Assembly (NCBI RefSeq): GCF_000012925.1
Contig: NC_007517.1
Location: forward strand, 3,420,001 to 3,452,000
Length of the DNA stretch: 32,000 bases
Source of the DNA: Geobacter metallireducens GS-15
GTDB lineage: Bacteria; Desulfobacterota; Desulfuromonadia; Geobacterales; Geobacteraceae
Direction of reading: 5' to 3'
The position numbers and the translations under genes were made by a program. Shown here in pieces: positions 1-8,974 of this stretch (position 1 is its first letter; every line of letters starts with the position of its first letter). The notes beneath the pieces are model-generated. The model was not told the origin of the DNA. It was given only the letters and a program-made list of their open reading frames with translations, and made no database searches.

Positions 1-211
1 CGGCCCAATCGGCGGGCGTTGACAGTTCGTCAGGGTTCAGGAAAAAGGGTGAAGAGATTTCGATCATGCGCTGCATTCTTGTCGGTTCCTCGGGGTTGAA
101 GTGGGCGTACCATACCACAAAAGCCCGGAAGCCCGGAAGCGCTTTTCTTGCCATTCCCGACCTCCTGTGCTATAGCTATCTGGTTGAAATAACGAAAAAA
201 AGGAACACCAG

Positions 212-1528
212 ATGAAATTCACCGACTTAAACCTCCCCGAACTGGTGCAACGGGGTATCGCCGACACCGGCTTCACCGACTGCACCCCGATCCAGGAAAA
301 GACCCTTCCCCTGGCCCTTTCCGGTAAGGATGTGGCCGGCCAGGCCCAGACCGGCACCGGCAAGACTGCAGCCTTTCTCATCAGCCTCTTCACCCGGCTC
401 CTGAAGAACCCCACGGAGGGAGAAACCCGCAATCCGCGCGCCCTGATCCTGGCTCCCACCCGGGAGCTCGTCGTCCAGATCGAGAAGGACGCCCAGGCCC
501 TCGGGGCCCACTGCGGCTTCGTGATCCAGGCCATCTACGGCGGCGTCGACTACATGAAGCAGCGGAGCGCCCTCAAGGAAGGGGCCGACGTGGTGGTCGG
601 CACCCCGGGGCGCCTCATCGACTACCTGAAGCAGAAGGTCTACTCCCTCAAGGAGATCGAGGTGCTGGTCATCGACGAGGCGGACCGGATGTTCGATATG
701 GGGTTCATCGCCGACCTCCGCTTCATCCTCCGGCGGCTCCCCCCCTTCGACAAACGCCAGAACCTCATGTTCTCCGCCACCCTCAACCAGCGGGTGATGG
801 AACTGGCCTACGAGTTCATGAACGTCCCCGAAAAGGTGGCGGTCACCCCCGAGCAGATGACCGCCGAGCGGGTGGAGCAGGTCCTCTACCACGTGGGGCG
901 CAAGGAGAAATTCCCGCTCCTCCTGGGCCTCCTGCGCAAGAAGGGGATGGAGCGGACCATGATCTTCGTCAACACCAAGCGGGAGGCGGAGTTCCTGGAC
1001 GAGCGGCTTAATGCCAACGACTTCCCCTGTCGGGTCATCTCCGGCGACGTGGAGCAGCGCAAGCGGATGAGGATTCTGGAGGACTTCAAGAACGGCAAGC
1101 TCCCGATCATGATCGCCACCGACGTCGCCTCCCGCGGCCTCCACATCGACGGGGTCTCCCACGTCATCAACTACGACCTTCCCCAGGACGCCGAGGACTA
1201 CGTCCACCGCATCGGCCGCACCGCCCGGGCCGGCGCCGAGGGAAAGGCGATCTCCATGGCCGATGAGGACGGCGCCTTCCACCTGGAGGCGATCCACGAG
1301 TACATCAAGGACAAAATCCCGGTTGAATGGGCCGAGGACGACCTCTTCGTCCACGACTTCAAGCGGGTGAAACCGAAGCCCAAGGGGCACGAGACCCGAG
1401 CCAAGGGGCCGACCCGCCACGGCCGGAAGCACCCGGAAGGGGAGAAGAAAGAGGGAGAAGGGGAGGCGAAGAAGCGCCGCCGCGGGCCCCGGAAGAAACC
1501 GGCGGGGGAGAAGCCGAAGCCGGAATAG
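212..1528 (+). CDS. rhlB: DEAD-box ATP-dependent RNA helicase, RhlB-like, with a K/R/E/G-rich basic C-terminal tail
   Basis: The 438-aa ORF has an AAGGA Shine-Dalgarno upstream of the ATG. Visible motifs are TPIQ (Q-motif), AQTGTGKT (Walker A), PTRELV, VIDEADRM (DEAD), SAT and HRIGRTARAG. The N-terminal half follows the RhlB pattern (CTPIQ..LPL.L.G.DVAGQAQTGTGKT.AFL). The symbol is less certain than the family. Confidence 0.9.
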   Translation: MKFTDLNLPELVQRGIADTGFTDCTPIQEKTLPLALSGKDVAGQAQTGTGKTAAFLISLFTRLLKNPTEGETRNPRALILAPTRELVVQIEKDAQALGAHCGFVIQAIYGGVDYMKQRSALKEGADVVVGTPGRLIDYLKQKVYSLKEIEVLVIDEADRMFDMGFIADLRFILRRLPPFDKRQNLMFSATLNQRVMELAYEFMNVPEKVAVTPEQMTAERVEQVLYHVGRKEKFPLLLGLLRKKGMERTMIFVNTKREAEFLDERLNANDFPCRVISGDVEQRKRMRILEDFKNGKLPIMIATDVASRGLHIDGVSHVINYDLPQDAEDYVHRIGRTARAGAEGKAISMADEDGAFHLEAIHEYIKDKIPVEWAEDDLFVHDFKRVKPKPKGHETRAKGPTRHGRKHPEGEKKEGEGEAKKRRRGPRKKPAGEKPKPE

Positions 1529-1556
1529 GAACCATTCAGAACAAGATGGATAGAGC

Positions 1557-1594
1557 GAAAAAGGGGAAAGGCCGACCAGCCTTTCCCCTTTTTT
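1557..1594. terminator. Bidirectional intrinsic terminator between convergent helicase and macB-like genes
   Basis: A 10-bp perfect stem GGGGAAAGGC (1563-1572) pairs with GCCTTTCCCC (1579-1588) across a 6-nt loop. It is flanked by an A-run (1557-1562) and a T-run (1589-1594). Confidence 0.8.
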
Positions 1595-1618
1595 CGTTCA
1601 TTGCGTCCCTGGCGGGAC

Positions 1619-2848
1619 TCACTCGTACCGCAGCGCCTCGATGGGGTTCAGGTTGGCCGCCTTGCGGGCCGGGTAGAAGCCGAAGAAGACGCCGACGCCG
1701 GCGGAGAAGAGGAAAGCGATGATGATTGCCTGCGTGGAGATCAGGGTCGGCCACTGCATGATCTTCGAGACCGCCATGGCCCCCGCCACCCCGAGCCCCA
1801 TGCCGATGATCCCCCCCGCCGTGGTGAGGAGCACCGCCTCGGTCAGGAACTGGAGGAGGATGTCCCGTTGTTTGGCGCCGATGGCCATCCGGATGCCGAT
1901 CTCCCGGGTCCGCTCCGTGACCGAGACAAGCATGATGTTCATGATGCCGATGCCGCCGACGACCAGGGAGATGGAGGCCACGGCCCCCAGGAGGATCGAC
2001 ATGACCTTGGAGGACTGTTCCGATACCGCGAGGATCTCCGACAGGTTGCGCACCGTGAAGTCCCGCTCCCGGCTCGGACCGATCCGGTGGCGCTGGTCCA
2101 GGAGCGCGGTCACCTCTTCCTCGGCCTTTTTGAGAACATCGGCGCTTTTCGCCTGGATCATCATGGCGCCCACCGTGTTGGGGAACTGGCTGCCGAAGAG
2201 CTTGCGCTGGGCAGTGCGCAGCGGCACGAAGATCACGTCGTCCTGATCTGTCCCCTGGGGAGACTGCCCCTTGTGGTCCAGTATCCCGATGACGGTGAAC
2301 GGTATCTTCTTGATCCGGATGATCTTGCCGATGGGATCAGCATCGCCGAAAAGGTTCTCGGCCACGGTCTGGCCAATGAGACAGTTCTTGGTGGCGCCGT
2401 CCACATCGGACAGAGAGATGTTTCTGCCGGTTGTCAGGGACCAGTCCCGGACGACGACCATCTCGGGGGTGCACCCCATGACGATGGTGGACCAGTTCTG
2501 ATTGCCGTAGACGATCTGGGCCGAGCCCCGCACCGTAGGGGCCACATTCTCCACCGACGGGCATTCCGCCTTGATGGCCCGGGCGTCGTCGTAGGTGAGG
2601 GTCGGGGTGCCGCCGGCCCCGGTCCGCAGCCCCCCGCTGGTGGTGGAGCCGGGAAGGACCAGGAGGAGGTTGCTCCCGATGCTGGAGATCTGGTCGGAGA
2701 TCATCTTGCTCGCCCCGGCACCAATGGCCACCATGGCGATGACGGCGGCGATCCCGATGATGATGCCAAGCATGGTCAGGAGTGCCCGCATCTTGTTGAC
2801 CCGCAGCGCCCGGAGGGCGATCAGGAGACTTTGCCAGAGGGTCGTCAT
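1619..2848 (-). CDS. MacB/FtsX-family ABC transporter permease
   Basis: The 409-aa ORF has an N-terminal TM helix (ALLTMLGIIIGIAAVIAMVAIG), a large periplasmic domain and a C-terminal FtsX-type 3-TM bundle (ERTREIGIRMAIGA motif). Its ATG overlaps the stop of the upstream ATPase gene by 4 nt. Confidence 0.9.
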   Translation of the reverse strand: MTTLWQSLLIALRALRVNKMRALLTMLGIIIGIAAVIAMVAIGAGASKMISDQISSIGSNLLLVLPGSTTSGGLRTGAGGTPTLTYDDARAIKAECPSVENVAPTVRGSAQIVYGNQNWSTIVMGCTPEMVVVRDWSLTTGRNISLSDVDGATKNCLIGQTVAENLFGDADPIGKIIRIKKIPFTVIGILDHKGQSPQGTDQDDVIFVPLRTAQRKLFGSQFPNTVGAMMIQAKSADVLKKAEEEVTALLDQRHRIGPSRERDFTVRNLSEILAVSEQSSKVMSILLGAVASISLVVGGIGIMNIMLVSVTERTREIGIRMAIGAKQRDILLQFLTEAVLLTTAGGIIGMGLGVAGAMAVSKIMQWPTLISTQAIIIAFLFSAGVGVFFGFYPARKAANLNPIEALRYE

Positions 2849-3570
2849 GGGGCCTCTCCCTGGGCCGGCGACGCCACGGCAGGGGAGGCGTTCGGCGAAT
2901 CGGCGATGATGGTGCCGTCCCGGAAGACGAGATGGCGGCCGGTGAAGGCAGCCACATCCGGCTCGTGGGTGACCATGAGGATGGTGATGCCGTGGCGGTT
3001 CAGTTCCTGGAAGATGGCCATGATCTCGACGGTGGTCCGGGAGTCGAGGTTGCCGGTGGGCTCGTCGGCCATGATGATGGCCGGCTCGTTCACCAAGGCA
3101 CGGGCGATGGCCACCCGCTGCTGCTGGCCCCCGGAGAGCTGGTTCGAGTAGTGGTCGGCCCGGCCGGCGAGCCCCACCCGCTCCAGGGCCGCCAGGGCCC
3201 GCTCCCGGCGGGCCGCAGCCGACACATGAGCATAGACCAGCGGCAGCTCCACGTTCTCCCGGGCCGTGGTCCGGGCCAGGAGGTTGAATCCCTGGAACAC
3301 GAAGCCGATCTTGGTGTTCCGGATCTCGGCCAGCTCATTGCGGGAGAGCCCTCCCACATTCACCCCCTCCAGGAGATACTCGCCGCTGGTCGGGACATCG
3401 AGGCAGCCGAGCATGTTCATGCAGGTGGACTTGCCGCTCCCCGAGGCCCCCATGATGGCGACGAACTCTCCTTGGGAGACCGTGAAGGATATCCCCTTCA
3501 GGGCCTCCACCCGCTGGTCTCCCATGGTATAGACCTTGGTGACGTCGGTTATTTTGACCACCTCGCCCAT
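2845..3570 (-). CDS. ABC transporter ATP-binding protein (MacB/LolD-type)
   Basis: The 241-aa ORF shows Walker A GASGSGKST, the signature LSGGQQQRVAIARAL, Walker B IIMADEPTGNLD and an H-loop VTHE. It sits directly after the adaptor gene. Confidence 0.93.
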   Translation of the reverse strand: MGEVVKITDVTKVYTMGDQRVEALKGISFTVSQGEFVAIMGASGSGKSTCMNMLGCLDVPTSGEYLLEGVNVGGLSRNELAEIRNTKIGFVFQGFNLLARTTARENVELPLVYAHVSAAARRERALAALERVGLAGRADHYSNQLSGGQQQRVAIARALVNEPAIIMADEPTGNLDSRTTVEIMAIFQELNRHGITILMVTHEPDVAAFTGRHLVFRDGTIIADSPNASPAVASPAQGEAP

Positions 3571-4782
3571 CTAGAACCTCGGCCCCATGGATCCGCCCAT
3601 GCCGCCCGCTTTTTTCTGCTGCGGGGTAACCTGTTCGATGATCACCTGGTCGTTTTCCTTGAGGTTCCCGGAAACCAGTTCCACCTGCCCATCGTTGCCG
3701 ATGCCGGTCTTAACCGGCACCGGAACCGGCTTGTTCTCCGCCCCCAGGATGTAGACCTGCTGCCCACCTTCCCGCTTTTTCCTCCGCTGCTCCTGGCCAG
3801 CCTGCTGTCCCTTCGCCGCCTTCTCATCACCCCCCTTCTTGGGCCGGAACCGGAGCGCAGCGGAAGGGAGCTTCAGGACATTGTCCTTGCGGGCGGTCTC
3901 GATGCTGACATTGGCGGTCATCCCCGGCTTGAGCTTCATGTCCTTGTTGTCCACGTCGATCACCACCACGTAGGTCACGACGTTCTGGGTGACCACCGGT
4001 GCGTTGCGCACCTGGCGGACGGTGCCGGTGAAGCGGTTCTCGGGATAGGAGTCCACGGTGAAGCTGACCGGCTGCCCCACCTGCACCCGGCTGATGTCGG
4101 CCTCGTCCACGCTGGTGTCGATCTCCATGCGGGTCAGGTCCTGGGCGATGGTGAAGAGGGTCGGGGTCTGGAACGAGGCGGCCACGGTCTGCCCCACGTC
4201 CACGTTGCGGGAGACGACGATGCCGTCCACGGGCGAACGGATGGTGGCATAGCGGAGGTTGGTCTCCGACTGGCTGAAGGCGCCGCGGGTCTGGGCCACG
4301 CTTCCCTCGGCTGCTTTCACGGTGGCCTGGGCCATCTGGTAGCGGTTGTCGGCGGCGTCAAAATCGCTCTGGGAGACGACGCCGTCCTTGAGGAGCTGGC
4401 GGTTCCGCTCCTGGTTGCGCCGGGCATCTGCCAGATCAGCCCTCACCCTCTGGAGGTTGGCCTGGGCGTTCAGGTAGTTTCCCCGGGTCTGCTCCACCTG
4501 GGCCGAAAACAGGGAAGGATCGATCTGGGCGATGACCTGCCCCTTTTTCACCGGCGAGTTGTAGTCCACAAAGAGCTTCTGGATGGTGCCGGAAACCTGG
4601 GTACCCACCTGTACCGTCACCACGGCGGCAAGGTTGCCGGTGGCGGAGACAGTGGAGACAATATCCCCCCGCTCGATCTTGGCGGTCTTGAACACAGTTT
4701 CCGGCTTTTTGTTCAGGGTAAAGTACGCGGCAACGCCGGCCACCACGAGGACGGCAGCGGCGGGGATGAGGAATTTCTTCAT
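3571..4782 (-). CDS. macA: Efflux periplasmic adaptor subunit (MacA/HlyD family)
   Basis: The lipoyl/beta-barrel pattern and a coiled-coil hairpin (QVEQTRGNYLNAQANLQRVRADLADARRNQERNRQL) are present. I place the start at the internal ATG at 4782 (MKKFLIPAAAVLVVAG signal/anchor, with GAGG 7 nt upstream), not at the ORF-track start 4848. Confidence 0.88.
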   Translation of the reverse strand: MKKFLIPAAAVLVVAGVAAYFTLNKKPETVFKTAKIERGDIVSTVSATGNLAAVVTVQVGTQVSGTIQKLFVDYNSPVKKGQVIAQIDPSLFSAQVEQTRGNYLNAQANLQRVRADLADARRNQERNRQLLKDGVVSQSDFDAADNRYQMAQATVKAAEGSVAQTRGAFSQSETNLRYATIRSPVDGIVVSRNVDVGQTVAASFQTPTLFTIAQDLTRMEIDTSVDEADISRVQVGQPVSFTVDSYPENRFTGTVRQVRNAPVVTQNVVTYVVVIDVDNKDMKLKPGMTANVSIETARKDNVLKLPSAALRFRPKKGGDEKAAKGQQAGQEQRRKKREGGQQVYILGAENKPVPVPVKTGIGNDGQVELVSGNLKENDQVIIEQVTPQQKKAGGMGGSMGPRF

Positions 4783-4866
4783 GGGGGACCTCGGCGAGGA
4801 TGATCTTTTATCGGAATTATGCTTTGTGTATAGATGAAAACGAGGCAAACCTCAACCGGTTGACAC

Positions 4867-4899
4867 AAAAAAGCCCCCTGTCTTCATCAGACAGGGGGC
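4867..4899 (-). terminator. Intrinsic terminator on the minus strand, 85 nt upstream of the macA start
   Basis: An 11-bp stem GCCCCCTGTCT (4873-4883) pairs with AGACAGGGGGC (4889-4899) across a 5-nt loop. The A6 run at 4867-4872 reads as a U-tract on the minus strand. Confidence 0.7.
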
Positions 4900-5092
4900 T
4901 GGTGGTTAAGCCCGCCGCACTACGCGACGGGCATGCGTCGGCAACCCTCCTTGCAACGGGTTACCGGGCGAAGCATATAGATCGTGGTCCACATGGCCGA
5001 GGTCTCCTTTCGCAATGATGTTCCCGCGTTTGCGGGCCTGATTCAATAGTAATCACCCCCCCGGAGAATGTCAACGGAGGGGGCGATTAAAT

Positions 5093-5101
5093 ATCTTTAT
5101 A
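5093..5101. repeat. Left copy of the 9-bp target-site duplication ATCTTTATA of the IS
   Basis: An identical 9-mer is found at 6416-6424, immediately outside the two inverted repeats. Confidence 0.85.
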
Positions 5102-6415
5102 TACTACTGTCCGGTAAACTTTGATTGTACAGCTGTAACTTGTTGAACTTTATTGCTCTTTGGCACAATTGTTCTTTTTTCGACATGAATTCGTTCTGGG
5201 TGTAGCCTTCCTCCCTTTACAGGAGGGGAGCAATGCACACCGGTCCGACCGTTTTCAAACAACTTCTGCAGTTTCTGCCCCGGTACGAATTCAATCTCTG
5301 CGTTCGCCGACACCGTGGCGAGTATCGGGAGAAGAAGTTCTCGACCTATGACCAGTTCCTCTGCCTGGCTTATGCCCAGATGGCTGGCCGTGAGAGCTTG
5401 CGGGATATCGAGACCTGCCTGAACTCCCACCAGGAGAAGCTGTACCACATCGGCTTTCGTGGTGATGTCTCCCGCACGACCCTTGCCGACGCGAACGAGC
5501 GCAGGGACTGGCGTATCTTCCAAGACTTCGGTCATGTACTGATCGGCATAGCTCAGCAGCTGTACCAGGCTGATGCCATCGCCGTTGAGCTTACGCAACC
5601 GCTCTACGCCTTTGACTCGACCACTATCGACCTGTGCCTTACGCTGTTCCCATGGGCCGAGTTCCGCAAAACCAAGGCGGCGGTCAAGATGCATACGCTC
5701 ATTGATCTGCGTGGTCCCATTCCAACCTGGGTCACTATTACCACTGGCAAGGTCCACGATGTCAGGATGCTGGACCATCTGCCGGTTGCAAAGGATGCCA
5801 TTTACACGATGGACAGAGGGTATGTCGATTTTGCCCGGCTCCACTCCATCCACAAGCAGGGAGCATTCTTCGTAGTTCGGGCAAAGGACAACCTGAAATG
5901 CCAGCGGTTATATTCCCATCCGAAGGACAAGGAATCAGGTGTACGGGCAGACCAGATTATCACCCTGGTGACGCAGAAGTCGAAAAAGGGGTATCCGGAG
6001 AAACTGCGCCGGGTCAGCTATGTTGACAAAGAACGGAACAAGCGACTCGTATTTCTCACGAACAACTTCGAGATTCCGGCAGCGACGGTGGCTGCGATTT
6101 ACAAGCAGCGCTGGCAGGTGGAGCTGTTTTTCAAATGGATCAAACAGCACCTGCGGATCAAGTCGTTCATCGGAACGTCAGTCAATGCCGTGAAGAGCCA
6201 GATATGGGTTGCCTTGTGCATCTATCTGCTGGTGGCGATCACGAAAAAGAAGTTGGGGGTTCCGTGTTCGCTCTACACTTTTCTACAGATTCTGGAGGTC
6301 AACTTGTTCGAGAAAAAGCCCATTTCATCGCTGGTTGCGGAGGCTCTCAAGCGAAATGCTGATTATCCTGAGCGCAACCAACTGAACTTATTCAACTATT
6401 AACCGGACAGTAGTG
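5102..6415 (+). mobile_element. Complete IS4-family insertion sequence (1314 bp)
   Basis: The terminal inverted repeats are TACTACTGTCCGGTAA (5102-5117) and the reverse complement of 6400-6415, CACTACTGTCCGGTTA (14/16 match). The element has a single DDE transposase ORF and a 9-bp direct repeat on both flanks. Confidence 0.9.
5233..6402 (+). CDS. IS4-family DDE transposase (DUF4372 N-terminus plus DDE_Tnp_1)
   Basis: The 389-aa ORF has the N-terminus MHTGPTVFKQLLQFLPRYEFNLCV typical of this IS4 subgroup. It also shows AFDSTTIDL, YTMDRGYVDF and the C-terminal YKQRWQVELFFKWIKQHL (Y-2-R-3-E-6-K) signature. The stop codon lies inside the right IR. Confidence 0.92.
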   Translation: MHTGPTVFKQLLQFLPRYEFNLCVRRHRGEYREKKFSTYDQFLCLAYAQMAGRESLRDIETCLNSHQEKLYHIGFRGDVSRTTLADANERRDWRIFQDFGHVLIGIAQQLYQADAIAVELTQPLYAFDSTTIDLCLTLFPWAEFRKTKAAVKMHTLIDLRGPIPTWVTITTGKVHDVRMLDHLPVAKDAIYTMDRGYVDFARLHSIHKQGAFFVVRAKDNLKCQRLYSHPKDKESGVRADQIITLVTQKSKKGYPEKLRRVSYVDKERNKRLVFLTNNFEIPAATVAAIYKQRWQVELFFKWIKQHLRIKSFIGTSVNAVKSQIWVALCIYLLVAITKKKLGVPCSLYTFLQILEVNLFEKKPISSLVAEALKRNADYPERNQLNLFNY

Positions 6416-6424
6416 ATCTTTATA
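6416..6424. repeat. Right copy of the 9-bp target-site duplication ATCTTTATA
   Basis: It is identical to 5093-5101. It overlaps the TAA stop (6420-6422, minus strand) of the DUF362 gene. Confidence 0.85.
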
Positions 6425-7550
6425 CACATTTCTTAATCATTTTCAGGAGCGCCCCTTCCCGCACGCCGAGTGCCCCCTCGGGACAGAGTTCCCGGCAGCA
6501 GAAGCAGCGGATGCAGGCGTGGTAGTCGAAAGCCAGCTTCCCGTCCTGGATGGTGATGGCCCCGGGGGGGCAGGCATCGCGACAGATGCCGCAGAGGGTG
6601 CACGCCTCGGGATTGCCACAGGGACGCGAGGTGAGGTAGTGGCGAAGCCGGTTCTTGAGGAAGCGGGGAAGGCCGAACTGGACATCGGAAATGTGGGGAA
6701 GACGGAAGGGGGAAACCTTCGCTTCGTCAACGGGTACGCCGCGGGTGTCGATGGTGGCCCGGTCCCAGCCCTCGATGCCGAGCTTCTCGGCGGCCCGCTC
6801 CACCCAAAGGAGCTTCTTCGGGATGCCGGCCAGTTCGGCGGCGATGACATCCACCGCCACCGGGTTCGTCCCGGCGAGGAGGAGCCCGCAGAGGCGCGGG
6901 TCGCCGCTTCCCGGTCCGTCCCCCTCCATGGCGAGGATGCCGTCAACGATGGTCAGGTCGGGCCTGCGCAAGAGATAGATCTCCAGGAGCATCCGGGCAA
7001 AGAGCTCCCGGTCGGCCCCCGCCTTCAGGTGCCAACCCGCCTTGGCGGCCCCCACCACCGCGCCGAAGAGGTTCTTCACGGCGCAGGTCATGGTCATCAT
7101 CTCGTGGGTTTTGAGCTTGGGGAGGTTGATGAGGCGGTCCGCCTCCAGATAGGGGCGGGCGATCTGGAACTCCCGAAAGAGCCCCTTGCCCCGTACCGTC
7201 ACCGTCTCGTCAAAGGGGATGAACTCGGCCCCGGTCTCCTCCACCACGGCAAGGATACCGCTTCGCTCCGCCACCCGCCGGATGCCGCCGACGCCGGGGG
7301 AGTCACCCACGAGGGGAATCCCACCCGCCTCCCGCACGAGCCCGATCACCTGCCGGAGCAGCTCCGGGTGAGTCGTGACCGCCCGCTCCGGCTCCTTCGC
7401 AGCAAGCATGTTCGGCTTGAGAAGAACCCTCTCCCCAGGCTTGACGAAGGAGGCCATCCCCCCAAAGGGTTCGAGAAGGCGGTCCAGAGCAGGCCTGACC
7501 ACGTCGGACTGGTAATCCCCGGCCCGCTCGATGGCGACGGCGTGCCTCAC
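6420..7550 (-). CDS. DUF362-domain protein with a C-terminal 2x[4Fe-4S] ferredoxin-like module
   Basis: The DUF362 pattern is visible (VAIERAGDY...FVKPGERVLLKPNML...HPELLRQV...LPKLKTHEMMTMT...DGILAMEGDGP), followed by CTLCGICRDACP and CIRCFCCRELCP clusters. I choose the GTG at 7550-7548, which overlaps the ndh TGA stop (GTGA). The ORF-track start at 7721 would overlap ndh by about 175 nt and adds a non-conserved Pro/Arg-rich extension. Confidence 0.8.
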   Translation of the reverse strand: MRHAVAIERAGDYQSDVVRPALDRLLEPFGGMASFVKPGERVLLKPNMLAAKEPERAVTTHPELLRQVIGLVREAGGIPLVGDSPGVGGIRRVAERSGILAVVEETGAEFIPFDETVTVRGKGLFREFQIARPYLEADRLINLPKLKTHEMMTMTCAVKNLFGAVVGAAKAGWHLKAGADRELFARMLLEIYLLRRPDLTIVDGILAMEGDGPGSGDPRLCGLLLAGTNPVAVDVIAAELAGIPKKLLWVERAAEKLGIEGWDRATIDTRGVPVDEAKVSPFRLPHISDVQFGLPRFLKNRLRHYLTSRPCGNPEACTLCGICRDACPPGAITIQDGKLAFDYHACIRCFCCRELCPEGALGVREGALLKMIKKCV

Positions 7551-8788
7551 TCCTCCACCCGCTCGGTGATGAGCCGCACCTGCCGTTCGTGGAACCAGTA
7601 GTACCAGATCCAGTTGAGCATGACGACGATCCGGTTGCGGAAGCCGATCAGGTAGTAAAGGTGGAGGAGTAGCCAGACGAGCCACGCCGAAAAGCCCCGG
7701 AACTTCATGCCGAAGGCGCACGCCACCGCCGCACTCCGGCCGATGGTGGCCATGCTTCCCCGGTCCCGGTAGCGGAACGGTTTGGGAGTTTCACCCTTCT
7801 CCCGGGCCACGATGGCCTCGCCGGCGTAGGTTCCCATCTGCATCGCCACCGGCGCCACCATGGGAAGCGCCGCGCCGTCCTGCTCGAGGTGCGCCATGTC
7901 GCCGATGACGTAGACTTCGGGATGACCGGCAAGGGTCAGGTCCGGCTCCACGGGAATCCGCCCCCCCGGCTTGGGGGTGACGCCGAGGGTCGCGGCCAGG
8001 GGGGCAGCCTTGACCCCCGCCGACCAGAAGAGGGTATGGGCCGGGATGATGGCGCCGTCGTGGAGGATGACCCGCTCGGGCTCCGCATCCACCACCCGGG
8101 CGTTGAACAGGACCTCCACCCCCATGGCCCGGAGCTTCTCCAGGGTGTACACCTGCAGCTCCTGCGGCATGGCGGCCAGGAGCCGGTCGAATGCCTCCAC
8201 GAGGACCACCCGGGCCGCCTGGACGCTCAACTCCGGGTAATCCTTGGCCAGGACGTAGCGGACGAGCTCCATGAGTGCCCCGGCAAATTCCACCCCGGTG
8301 GGTCCGCCACCCACGATGACGAAGGTCATGAGGGCCCGCCGCTTCGCCGGGTCGGGCTCCACCACGGCCCGTTCAAAGGCGGTGAGGATATGGTTGCGGA
8401 GCCGCTCCCCGTCCACCAGTTCCTTCAGGTCGAAGGCGTGGCGCTCCACCGATTCGAGGCCGAAGTAGTTGGTGACGCTCCCGGCGCCGATAATCAGATA
8501 GTCGTAAGGGATGCGGCCGTTGCCGGTCACCACCTCCCGGGCCGGGAAATCGACCCCGGCCACCTCCGCCAGGTGGAAGCGGGTGCCGCGCCATTCGCGG
8601 GCCATGGCCCGCACCGGGTAGGCGATGGATTCCTGCTCGAGGCCCGCCGTCCCCACCTGGTAGAGGAGGGGCTGAAAGAGGTGGTAGTTGTTCCGGTCCA
8701 CCAGCACCACGTCGAGCCCCTTCCCTGCCAGCACGCGGGCCGCCCTGATGCCGCCGAACCCCATGCCGATAATAACCACCCGTTTCAC
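7547..8788 (-). CDS. ndh: Type-II NADH dehydrogenase (FAD-dependent pyridine-nucleotide disulfide oxidoreductase)
   Basis: The 413-aa ORF has two dinucleotide-binding folds, VVIIGMGFGGIRAA and FVIVGGGPTGVEFAGAL. It also has a GDMA motif and a hydrophobic C-terminal membrane-association tail. Confidence 0.88.
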   Translation of the reverse strand: MKRVVIIGMGFGGIRAARVLAGKGLDVVLVDRNNYHLFQPLLYQVGTAGLEQESIAYPVRAMAREWRGTRFHLAEVAGVDFPAREVVTGNGRIPYDYLIIGAGSVTNYFGLESVERHAFDLKELVDGERLRNHILTAFERAVVEPDPAKRRALMTFVIVGGGPTGVEFAGALMELVRYVLAKDYPELSVQAARVVLVEAFDRLLAAMPQELQVYTLEKLRAMGVEVLFNARVVDAEPERVILHDGAIIPAHTLFWSAGVKAAPLAATLGVTPKPGGRIPVEPDLTLAGHPEVYVIGDMAHLEQDGAALPMVAPVAMQMGTYAGEAIVAREKGETPKPFRYRDRGSMATIGRSAAVACAFGMKFRGFSAWLVWLLLHLYYLIGFRNRIVVMLNWIWYYWFHERQVRLITERVEE

Positions 8789-8974
8789 GCTCTCATGTAC
8801 CTCCAGGATTGATTGACTATTCCGAAACTTACTTTCAAAGCCGTACCCGCGCCTTGACCGTGGTCAAAACCACAGGGAAACGAAAGAAGAATATCCTGTT
8901 TTCCTCTCGGAAACAACCGGGGTTCGGTTTAGGGAAAGAATCTGCTATGCTGTTGGCAGCAAAAAGGAGTCCCC

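Noticed and set aside
227-1432. A 401-aa ORF antisense to the RhlB-like helicase. Similar long antisense or out-of-frame ORFs occur at 1601-3151(+), 2932-4803(+), 6519-7601(+), 7889-8812(+), 10222-11577(-), 11735-13294(+) and 13590-14207(+).
   Set aside because: These are shadow ORFs typical of GC-rich DNA. Their translations are Gly/Arg/Pro/Asp/His-rich with no recognisable motifs, and each fully overlaps a gene with clear family signatures on the other strand.
4900-5060. Identification of the macA-upstream RNA as a GEMM (c-di-GMP/cGAMP) or ykkC/guanidine riboswitch.
   Set aside because: The hallmark conserved segments of those classes, as I remember them, could not be aligned. It is kept only as an unclassified structured region.
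5104-5853. A 249-aa minus-strand ORF inside the IS element.
   Set aside because: It is antisense to the clearly conserved IS4 transposase and has no recognisable family features. IS4-type elements normally carry a single transposase ORF.
7551-7721. The N-terminal 57-codon extension of the DUF362 ORF in the ORF track.
   Set aside because: It would overlap the ndh 3' end by ~175 nt and is Pro/Arg/Leu-rich and non-conserved. The family-typical N-terminus starts right after a GTG that overlaps the ndh stop (GTGA).
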